A stretch of 53,150 bases of DNA from Phoronis australis (lineage: Eukaryota > Animalia > Phoronida), in the NCBI GenBank assembly GCA_002633005.1, contig NMRA01000572.1, positions 199,817 through 252,966 of the forward strand. The letters are read 5' to 3'. Positions 1-9,275 of this stretch are shown piece by piece. Position 1 is the first letter of the stretch; each line of letters opens with the position of its first letter. Both the position numbers and the translations under genes were made by a program. Below the pieces are notes generated by a model. The model saw only the letters and a program-made list of their open reading frames with translations. It was not told the DNA's origin and made no database searches.

Positions 1-311
1 GGGCAGACTACACCACTACAGGGCAGACTGCACCACTACAGGGCAGACTGCACCACTACAGGGCTGACTGCACCACTACAGGGCAGACTGCATCACTAGA
101 GGGCAGACTGCACCACTAGAGGACAGACTGCACCACTACTGGGCAGACTACACCACTACAGGGCAGACTGCACCACTACAGGGCAGACTACACCACTACA
201 GGGCAGACTACACCACTACAGGACAGACTGCATCAATAGAGGGCAGACTGCACCACTACAGGCCAGACTGCATCACTAGAGGGCAGACTGCATCACTACA
301 GGGCAGACTGC
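1..311. repeat. 20-bp minisatellite (gggcagactgcaccactaca)n, about 15 copies, runs off the window edge
   Basis: Directly visible tandem units. Confidence 0.97.
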
Positions 312-1433
312 TGTGAACTTAGGCAAAGCGAGATTTGAGCATCTGTGGTTTGCTGATCTGCTTTTCATGACAATGGCGATGAAAGAATTGGTGGCCCACG
401 GTTTAAGCCGAAGGATTGTACCAAATCCCGCAGCTAATAGGGCACCCGGCCGAAGACAAAATTAAAGATGGGGGCAATAGTAGTGGCCGGAGAAAATAGT
501 GGCGACGGGAGGAAGGGGAGACGCTTATGACTACAGGGGCTATTAGGGAGACCAGAGGATAATGCGCCGGGGAACAAAACAGTTGGCAACAAGGAGAGAA
601 TAGTGGCAGGGCAAAAATGGTGGCGAACCGAGGGCAAATGATATGTGCCTCCGGTAATTTGCATTTACCTTCCTACATGCCTGGAAACATAACATATTTG
701 CTGACAAACTCCTCTTTACATTGTCGTATGTCGTAAAACTCTTTGACTTTTAACTCCAACCAGTGATGGTTTACGTTTTCATAAACGTTCACAGAAAATA
801 TTACAATATTACATTGCATTACAGTACCTCAGTAGCACTGCTGCTATATACTCTCCTGGAAATTTTGAGCAGCACAAAACCCCGTCTACCCCCTGTAGTG
901 ATGCAGCCGCAAGCCACCTCTACCCCCTCACTACTATCTGCGCCATCCTTCTGCGGTTTCCGCATGAATTACTACTGTCTGCTTTGCGCCTTTATAATGC
1001 TATCAATGTCTTTCAAACAAGAATTGCGTTTATAAAAAACCTAAGGAGAATGAAAATGATTTAATTCAAGATGTCTAGTAAGTTACCGCAGACATCAGTG
1101 CGCACATCTGTAGTACCATCAATTTTTAGAACATACTCATAGGTGCGTGGCAGTGAGACAAAATGGCAGGTGAATCTGCGTTTCAGAAAAGTTTGTTAGC
1201 ACTTATGTCTTAGTGCAGTTCTGTGTGTGAATAGAGTGTAGACACATGGGCGGCACAGCACTGAAATAAGTGAGGGCCATTGGCCCCCAGCCCCCCATGA
1301 TGCACTGCCAACGAGACAGTGTAAACACTTCGTTTACAAACATACCACAATAGATGTTAAGTAGTTAGAATTGTGTTTGTGAGCATCGTACCATAGACGT
1401 TCTATGACTACAGCGTGCTAATAGCAGATAAGT

Positions 1434-1721
1434 TGTGACAGCTTGTCACACCATGATCATGACTGTTTAGTCATGATCATGGTGTGACAGATTGTCATAC
1501 CGTGATCATGACTGTTTAGTCATGATCATGGTGTGACAGATTGTCATACCGTGATCATGACTGTTTAGTCATGATCATGGTGTGACAGATTGTCATACCG
1601 TGATCATGACTGTTTAGTCATGATCATGGTGTGACAGCTTGTCATACCATGATCATGACTGTTTAGTCATGATCATGGTGTGACAGCTTGTCACACCATG
1701 ATCATGACTGTTTAGTCATGA
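1434..1721. repeat. 49-bp self-complementary tandem repeat, about 6 units
   Basis: Unit gtgtgacagattgtcataccgtgatcatgactgtttagtcatgatcatg, built from alternating inverted half-units. Confidence 0.95.
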
Positions 1722-2499
1722 GGAGACGATTAAAATGGGGCCGAGTTGCACAAACAAAATGATCAATTGTTGCGCTTCATCTGAGGAAACGGTAGCAATT
1801 CTGAAAAAAGCGCTCTATTCCAACACGACTGATTACAAAGTTGATGAATACATACATAAAACGTACCGAAAGTGGCATACATGAAGTAATATCCCATGAG
1901 ACATTATTACGCGTATCGACCGAGACGGAATGTATTTATCCCATACGCTTCGAATTCTTAAGTTTCTTTCATTTTTTCAGCAGATTTTTTAAATACTTTA
2001 CTCAGACTGTTCACGTGGCAGATCACATCCTATATGTATGTACTTGCGCGTTAGGTTGCAAGTTTTCTCTCGCAAAAGAAACAGTTTTAAATGTGACGAT
2101 TTATTACTTGAAAAGTGATAACAGAGATGAAAACAATGGTAACTGTGCATTGAACTTGTAACATTTCCTGAAAATAGTTAAATAACAACATTTGATATTG
2201 TAGTTACCGAGGAATCATCGCCCAAGTTGCATATGATAAAATATTTAGCAAATGAAAACTGAGACAGAACTGACATATAATTAACAGTCCTGTTCCAGAT
2301 GTTACGACTGAGACCTGATTGTATGTTGAGCGTTATATACACTGCTATAATTGTATTACTTTAAACTATTTTCAGAAAGTTTGGTGATAGAACCGCCTAA
2401 CGACGTTGAGTCGACATTGACCTACCTTTTGAACTTTCCATGTCAGAGGTCACTGTTGAAGTCACTGTTGAAGTAGTGTGAGAGGTGAATACGGAAAAC

Positions 2500-2505
2500 T
2501 TTATT
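2500..2505 (-). promoter_or_regulatory. Candidate polyadenylation signal of the GTSF1-like gene
   Basis: tttatt on the plus strand is AATAAA on the minus strand, about 750 nt downstream of the predicted stop. Confidence 0.3.
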
Positions 2506-3256
2506 CAATGGCTATATTTCCCTCGACAGATTCAATGTGTATGGGATAAAACGGAATGATACGCATGCTTACTTTCTAATATAACAAGTTAATGAATAAG
2601 TAACACTATAAATCCCCAGTTTCTCGCTGTAACAGTTGCATTTCTCTGCCGCTTTTTTGGTCGTGACCTATTAGACCTGGTCCAGGCGGCAGCGTAAACA
2701 ACACAATGGGCTGCACTGCAAGTGACACCTATCGGAAGTCAGTGGTACTAAAACTTTGGCGACCTTAGGTGGCGAGCTGAGATTTTAACATCGGACACTG
2801 GACAGCTTCAAAAGCTTACCTGTTTCAACTTTTTCTGAACCTTCCTCCTTTCCTTTTTTAACTCCTCCGCACAAGAGTCTGAAATAAAAAGCATAAATCA
2901 CATTTTGACAACACAAAGCACAATGACAAAAGCTGACACAAATGATGAATGCAAAGTTAGGCAAAAATAGTTTGGAAATGTCAACAAATTTCAAACACAG
3001 TCTCTCACTACAGAGAGGCCAGATCCTTGTTGATCTTCAAGTGTCCATCAACTACATCATCATCACCTTTCAACCTCAATTACATAAGATTGCACGTTAC
3101 ACAATTACACTAAATTCAAATTAAATTTCCAAAAGAAAAGAAACAGGTGATAATGTTCAATGACATGAAAAGCTCAGAAGTGAACTTCAGCACTGGGATG
3201 CATAAAACTTCAAAACTTATCCGCTCGATAAGTCTGATGATTGCAGGACGTCAAAG

Positions 3257-3267
3257 TCATTGTTCAG
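3257..3267 (-). CDS. GTSF1: GTSF1-like, probable terminal exon, coding part (AEQ then stop)
   Basis: Acceptor catcgctgtag, then (G)CT GAA CAA TGA. Followed by U-rich 3'UTR-like sequence and an AATAAA at 2500-2505 on the minus strand. Confidence 0.5.
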
Positions 3268-3292
3268 CTACAGCGATGTGATTGGCAACATA

Positions 3293-3450
3293 CAGTTACC
3301 CAGTGAGATACTGTTACCCAGTGAGATACTGTTACCCAGTGAGATACTGTTACCCAGTGAGATACTGTTACCCAGTGAGATACTGTTACCCAGTGAGATA
3401 CTGTTACCCAGTGAGATACTGTTACCCAGTGAGATACTGTTACCCAGTGA
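3293..3450. repeat. 18-bp perfect minisatellite (gttacccagtgagatact)n, about 9 copies
   Basis: Directly visible. It explains the repetitive ORFs 3260..3481 and 3282..3521. Confidence 0.97.
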
Positions 3451-3510
3451 TTACGAGCATCCCACTAACACACACAACTGATCATTTGCTTGGGGGTTTA
3501 TCAAAAATGC

Positions 3511-3758
3511 CATTTGTTTAACTGATAGCACCAACAGGACTAAAGTTACCCTGACATGTGTTTGTTTAACTTATAGTACTCACAAGACTACACTTACCCT
3601 GACTTGTGTTTGTTTAACTGACAGATCCCACACGACTGTACTTATCCTGATTTGTGTTTGTGTAACTTATAGTACCCCCCCTCCCCCGCTACCACCAGGA
3701 CTATACTTACCCAAACTTATGTTTGATAACAGATAGTACCTACAGGACTTACCCAAAC
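3511..3758. repeat. Degenerate minisatellite of about 48-50 bp containing copies of the exon-10 donor site
   Basis: Repeated tttgtttaactgatag...caggact..acttaccc units. Confidence 0.8.
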
Positions 3759-3791
3759 CTCTGTTACTGTCTGAGGCTTCATCTGTTTTAT
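3753..3791 (-). CDS. GTSF1: GTSF1-like, coding exon 10
   Basis: Strong acceptor ctcttttctgttttttcag, donor G/gtaagt. Translates as (D)KTDEASDSNRGL. 39 nt, phase 1 to 1. Confidence 0.68.
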
Positions 3792-4587
3792 CTGAAAAAA
3801 CAGAAAAGAGGCTCATAAAACTCGTGACTTATCAAGTTATAACACATAAAGCTGAAGGGTGGTGAAACATACACGTGTACATTCATCTGCAATAAAAAAA
3901 ACACCAAGGCAAGCTTGCAAGTCTCTTAAAACAAAAAACAAAACACGTGAGAGTAAAATATTTACTGTTGATTTGATACAGGCAATCTACATGCACAACT
4001 TTCAGTCCTTTAATCAGCCAAATAATCCCCAGATCCATCGTCATGGTAACATTTCTGGTTGATTATCACCAAATTCAAAAAACACAAATGCAATGCAATT
4101 AAGAAAAACAAGCCTTCTATTGGCCAAAAAATGTACTTAAATTAGTCAAAACTAGGGTAACCAAACAAAAAGATTAGACTTTAGACTTTAGAATTAAGTT
4201 GTCAGCCGCCAGAGCCTAAAGGCTTAAGCATAAATAATGATTCCATGACAAAACAACCAGTACAATATGTTGAACAAAAATTGTCAAAAATGTAAATTAG
4301 GTGAGCTCTTTTGGACAATACTCTCACCATGGCCACTACCTTGGGTTCAATTTTGACAAAAAGCAAACAACACAAGTGAGCCAATGATATCTTTACTCCT
4401 AATTAATCGGAAAAAAAGTAACATGTATCACAATGAACAAAATGAAATTTAAAGAATTTCTCAACAATTAAGGTAAAATTATCACTCAGTCCAATTGCAC
4501 ACAACACACACTCCACACAACACAAACCCCACACAACACACACTCCACACAACACACAGCTCACGAATAGCAATTTGCGCATCTAAC

Positions 4588-4704
4588 CTTTTTCATCACT
4601 GCCAACAGGAAGTGGACTGAAGCCAGGTGGACACGATGCCTTAACGTTGATCGAGTTGCCATTCATCATTGGAATGACAAAAGATGGCCCAGCTTGTTGC
4701 TGGT
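4588..4704 (-). CDS. GTSF1: GTSF1-like, coding exon 9
   Basis: Acceptor ccctttcatttgtag. Translates as (D)QQQAGPSFVIPMMNGNSINVKASCPPGFSPLPVGSDEK. Donor G/gttaga; read-through would give G then stop at 4583. 117 nt, phase 1 to 1. Confidence 0.72.
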
Positions 4705-5364
4705 CTACAAATGAAAGGGAACCAGTAGATAGTGACTTGCAAACCTCCACACATTTTCCATACTTGGCCAGAAGTCCAAGTATTTGAAGGAGAATAGTTT
4801 GGCTACGTTTGGCAAAGAGAATAGTACGGGTAAAGGGGGTACCATGGTTAACATTCAAACTAAAGTAAAAGTTTCATTGTGCGTCAAAAGTTTCAGCACG
4901 CATCAAAAGTTTCAGCATGCATCAAAACAGATCATGATCTTTGATACAGGCACAAAAAATACCCACAGATGCACATTCTAGCTTTCTCCAACAATAATCG
5001 ATGATCAGATTTAAATCGATGATCAGATTTTTCCAAAGACCCCGATAAAAATTGTTTGTAATTATTGTTAGAGAATGCAAGGTAACACAGCTAAGGGGAT
5101 ATTTTGTACACAGATCAAAGATCATGATTAGTTTTGATGAACAAAATTAAAGATTATTAGTTTGATTCGAATTATTAGTCAGTGATTTATTGACTCAGCA
5201 AACGAGTTTGTGGGATTGTGTACAGCGGATTTTTCTGTACATTCAACTGAGCTCAATAAGGTTATTAAGTGCAGACTATCACCACGTCTAATGCCCTCAG
5301 CGTGGGTATGACCCGCATCCCCCATACACAGGTGAAACATGACAATGAGTAAAATCTACCTTAC

Positions 5365-5445
5365 CTTGTATGACTGTTCCCCTTCCTAATCCTGGAGGTG
5401 GCTTCATGCTGAAGACAATAGGCTGTGCCACTTGGGTTAAGGAGT
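5365..5445 (-). CDS. GTSF1: GTSF1-like, coding exon 8
   Basis: Acceptor cctttgtttgtag, donor G/gtaagg. Translates as (D)SLTQVAQPIVFSMKPPPGLGRGTVIQ. 81 nt, phase 1 to 1. Confidence 0.78.
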
Positions 5446-5666
5446 CTACAAACAAAGGATGCAGGTCAAGTATTAATATAAAAGTTCATAGAAGCACCTA
5501 CATTCATGTTCATCAATTCAGTAACCTCATTTTCTCATTTTTATGGACCTGCTTCATAATCATTACCTGATACAAACAAAACGATTGGCTACCCATCATA
5601 GATCTGCTACAACTCTCATAATGATTTCTTGATACAAAGACAACAATTGGCTACACATCATAAAGT

Positions 5667-6154
5667 CAGGGCTTGGAATGACCAATGACAAAAAATGCGG
5701 AAACTTTTACGGCCCAAATAATGCGCGCTACCCAGCCTTGAAATGGTCGACCTTTCCCCCGCGACATGGAGGACTAAAAAAAAAACGTTACCACCATTAG
5801 TAGCATGCGTCTGCGTCCTTTTAGGTCGCCCGTCGACACCCAATCCACACATTTTGGCTGCAGAGCCCCAGTATTTGTCGCCGCGGTTTACAGTAACACG
5901 AGACGCCATTGAAAATCCCACCACGCTATCCCAGATACCCCGGCAATGTTGACAATTTACGTTCCTCCAAAACATAAAGAGCAACTTCCGCTTTTCGAGG
6001 TGAACGTCGTCTGCAACGCCGCGGTAAGAAAGGAATTTGCCACGGAAATTTTATATCAAATCTGATTTTTTTACGCGGAAATATTATAAAATGCGCGGAA
6101 AGAACATTTGAAAAAAGCGGAAATCCGCGTTTCCGCGGAAAATTCCAAGCCCTG
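5667..6154. mobile_element. Non-autonomous hAT-like DNA transposon with 6-bp TSD
   Basis: TIRs CAGGGCTTGGAAT / ATTCCAAGCCCTG. Flanked by TAAAGT at 5661-5666 and 6155-6160. Subterminal gcggaaa repeats. Confidence 0.88.
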
Positions 6155-6419
6155 TAAAGTACACTTAAACTGCATTACAATGTGCTTGGGTTACATTTTA
6201 TTCCACCTAATCAAGGCAAACTGTACAACATACAATCATGATGATGTAGTTACAGCAATCGCAGTTACAACAAATGATTTAGAAAAATCTTGGGAGGGTT
6301 TGTTGTAATATGGTTCAACTGCATTTGAAAATTAAATGACAGCAACTTGCTTAACAAGAAAAAACCTTATCAAAACACTACTGCATTATCAGACATAAAT
6401 CATCAGAATTTGGATTTAC

Positions 6420-6510
6420 CTGTGAGGTTGTATAGACTTCCTCGTCCGCGCCCCAGTCCATTGAGCAAAACACTCTCCTCCTGGCCAACAGGCCTTCCAC
6501 CATATCCATT
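6420..6510 (-). CDS. GTSF1: GTSF1-like, coding exon 7
   Basis: Acceptor cacttcctttcag, donor G/gtaaat. Translates as NGYGGRPVGQEESVLLNGLGRGRGSLYNLT. 91 nt, phase 0 to 1. Confidence 0.78.
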
Positions 6511-6649
6511 CTGAAAGGAAGTGAACAACAATGATTGTGATTCTTGAGTCGGCACGTTGTGGTGAGCTGTCTCTTTAAAGTCACACCTAGCGCCATCTTT
6601 GGTGAGAGGCAATATGACCCAGTGGGATAAGTGTCTGCACCCTTTACTC

Positions 6650-6802
6650 GAGGTTGTGGGTTAGAGTCCCACTGGGGCACACTGCTACACCCTTGAATCA
6701 GGTTGTGGGTTAGAGTCCCACTGGGGCACACTGCTACCCCCTTGAATCAGGTTGTGGGTTAGAGTCCCACTGGGGCACACTGCTACACCCTTGAATCAGG
6801 TT
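6650..6802. repeat. Tandem repeat of about 50 bp, 3 copies
   Basis: Unit aggttgtgggttagagtcccactggggcacactgctacacccttgaatc. Confidence 0.93.
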
Positions 6803-7482
6803 TCTACCTCCTCAGCTCGGTTTCAACTATATATCAATAAAGCATAAAAATTGTTCCAGGTGATAAGTGCATTGGGCCCACATGTGTGGCCTGCACACGT
6901 CTGGTACAACGTGTATCAGACCACCTGCAATTATTTCTTTTTCATGTTTGGGGTGGAATCCTTCATTTCGGTTTTTGAAGTAACCAATCCTAATAACACT
7001 TACAATCATGGACTGAATGGAGTTCATCAATTGCTTCAAGAAGATTCACCACTGCTCAGTTTATTCATTCTAGTTCAAAGTTTGCGATTTCACTAATTAA
7101 CACTGCATGGGACAGGTTGACCCAATTGGTGGCTAACTTGTATACAGCCATTTTGTCATAATACCAATAACCAAGACTTAGATTAAAATTTCGTTTCTGT
7201 TTTGACCTTTATTAGTCCACTGTATGTTCTGTTACTTGAACTTATTGTCTGTGTCATCTAAACTCAGAACACGCTTTAGTCAATGTTACCATTGAAAGCA
7301 AAACAAATTACGTATTAACTGACCCTCCACCTTATTGTCCATGGCCCTAGATCTGCTGAACAGGACGGACCTTCTGAAGGGGAGGACAAAATAGGAATGG
7401 AAGAGAAATAGAAAGTTGCAGCATTTTGTGGATGTTCTGCTCATCTTCATCTGAAGGTCCCTCTTTCTTATTTCTAGTCTTT

Positions 7483-7632
7483 CCTTCCCATATTTGGGTA
7501 CATCCGTCCCATTTTTGGGTCAGTCCGTCCCATTTTTGGGTACAACCTTCCCATTTTTGGGTCTGTCCTTCCCATTTCTGGGTCCGTCCGTCCCATTTTT
7601 GGGTTCGCCCGTCCCATTTTTGGGACTGTCCT
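7483..7632. repeat. 21-bp minisatellite (tcccatttttgggt...), about 7 copies
   Basis: Directly visible. It explains the ORFs 7347..7640, 7426..7653 and 7494..7712. Confidence 0.92.
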
Positions 7633-7752
7633 TTGGGCAAACTACAACACTAGAAGAACTCGCCTTCATTTTAAAAGTAACAAATTATACGCATGGTTAT
7701 ATACAAATGTGAAGATTAGGCACAGTGTAATGCAACAAGATCCACCAATAAT

Positions 7753-7796
7753 CACACACACGCACACACACACGCACACGCACACACACACACACA
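7753..7796. repeat. (CA)n microsatellite, imperfect
   Basis: Directly visible. Confidence 0.9.
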
Positions 7797-8090
7797 AATA
7801 CCCATCACAGTCATTTCACTTTAAAATGATATTACATTGAACAGAAATATAATTTGTTTAAGTATATTTCACAGTGCCAACTGCCCGTTTTGCATCCCTA
7901 ATCTCATATTTTTCTGAGTGAGATAGCTTCAGGTCCAAGGCTACAAAGTTTCAGTTAACAGACTTTTAATACAGCTCAAGACAATAATAGTTCGATAACC
8001 TGGACATGTCACTATGTACTTACTAACGGTCATATGATGCTGTTCACAAGTAACTGATATATATACTCAAGTCACTAAGTGCTTACTCAC

Positions 8091-8149
8091 CATCACATGT
8101 TGTTGTTCAGAACTGAAATTGGCTGCAATTCTGGGTCTACTAGGTCCAC
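8091..8149 (-). CDS. GTSF1: GTSF1-like, coding exon 6
   Basis: Acceptor tgttgtttcag, donor ATG/gtgagt. Translates as (G)GPSRPRIAANFSSEQQHVM. 59 nt, phase 1 to 0. Confidence 0.75.
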
Positions 8150-8295
8150 CTGAAACAACAACACAAGGACCAATCCAAAACAGCATGATGGAGCCAAACA
8201 AGTCACATGTTTAATGACCTCAAAGACATATAAATGAATACATCGAGTAGAAGTAAAATTCCAAAATGTACCGGTCAGGCTAGAATAATGAATGA

Positions 8296-8477
8296 ATCAA
8301 AACAACCAGAGCCAGTCAGGAGTCCATATCAATGAAAACAACCAGAGCCAGTCAGGAGTCCATATCAATCAAAACAATCAGAGCCAGTCAGGAGTCCATA
8401 TCAATCAAAACAATCAGAGCCAGTCAGGAGTCCATATCAATCAAAACAATCAGAGCCACTCAGGAGTCCATATCAAC
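8296..8477. repeat. 39-bp minisatellite, about 4.7 copies
   Basis: Unit aatcaaaacaatcagagccagtcaggagtccatatc. It explains ORF 8292..8531. Confidence 0.95.
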
Positions 8478-8652
8478 AGTTTCCTAATGCATATGTGCCT
8501 CAATATTCTATTGCCAAGATTTGTTACTTAGTTATTCCTTGGAAACCAAATTGGAAAATCAAACAGAAAATAGCATTGAACCACTGATCAGAGAATTAAA
8601 ACCAATATACAGACTGGTTCGTTGGAGGGCACCACTGAGCTGTCATACTTAC

Positions 8653-8987
8653 CATCATTCTGTTGTTGGTTCACCACCGTGTGACCATGTCCATGGTCAT
8701 GTGGTTCACCAGATGGGCTCCCTCGCCCAGCTCCATCCTCTGCCGAAAGGTGTCGCCCATGGCCAACACTGCTGCTGTCTCCCTGGGTCACGGGTCGGCC
8801 ACGCCCAATCCCAGCCATGCTGAGGCTGTAGGCAAATACTTGCGGCTCCATGGCATTCTGAGAAGGCGGCATCGCATTGCCAGCGGCGACAGGTGCCGTG
8901 CGCGGCAGACGCAGGCCAGTGACTGTCCTTGGAGCTCTGTCCGCAGCAGCTGAAGGTGCAGCAGTAGACTCTTCGTCCAAGTCAGGT
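8653..8987 (-). CDS. GTSF1: GTSF1-like, coding exon 5 (low-complexity, GRG motifs)
   Basis: Acceptor catttacag, donor G/gtaagt. GC-rich coding-like island translating as (L)PDLDEESTAA...MAGIGRGRP...GAGRGSP...QQQND. 335 nt, phase 2 to 1. Confidence 0.85.
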
Positions 8988-9275
8988 CTGTAAATGGTTT
9001 AAAAATTACTGTACGAGTCCAAGGTTTCGTCCACCATCTTGCAATGAAGTAGAGCAAACAAACCAAATCGTGTACATTTCCCATGCATGTGGATGGGAGA
9101 ATAAGACCTGCTTAAACTTAGATTTTCAAAAGATCAACTAGATTGTCAAAAGGTTTATATTATGCCATTCCAAAAATATCTAGCAACATTACAAATTCCT
9201 TTTTTCTTCCTGAGAACCACCTGGAGTGCATTTAAAAATACTAATGAATTTTACTTGAGTAATTTGCAAGGCAAA

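Noticed and set aside
1-311. Regular short repeats here and at 3293, 8296, 29455 and 30081, considered as CRISPR arrays
   Set aside because: The units are head-to-tail with no unique spacers, there are no cas genes, and the context is eukaryotic. They are minisatellites.
3260-3521. Repetitive ORFs (LLPSEI)n and (YCYPVR)n
   Set aside because: They are by-products of an 18-bp tandem repeat within an intron of the minus-strand gene.
5525-5566. Possible extra exon after the acceptor tttgtttgtatcag, reading (G)NDYEAGP then stop
   Set aside because: There is no convincing donor before the in-frame stop, and it is not needed for phase continuity.
7347-7712. ORFs with QKWDGRT or PSHFWV repeats
   Set aside because: They are translations of a 21-bp minisatellite.
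8292-8531. ORF with NQNNQSQSGVHI repeats
   Set aside because: It is a 39-bp minisatellite in intron 5, antisense to the gene, with no splice or domain support.
8521-9084. Overlapping ORFs 8521..8823, 8663..8953 and 8788..9084
   Set aside because: They are shadow frames of the GC-rich exon 5. Only the 8588..8980 frame fits the splice phases.
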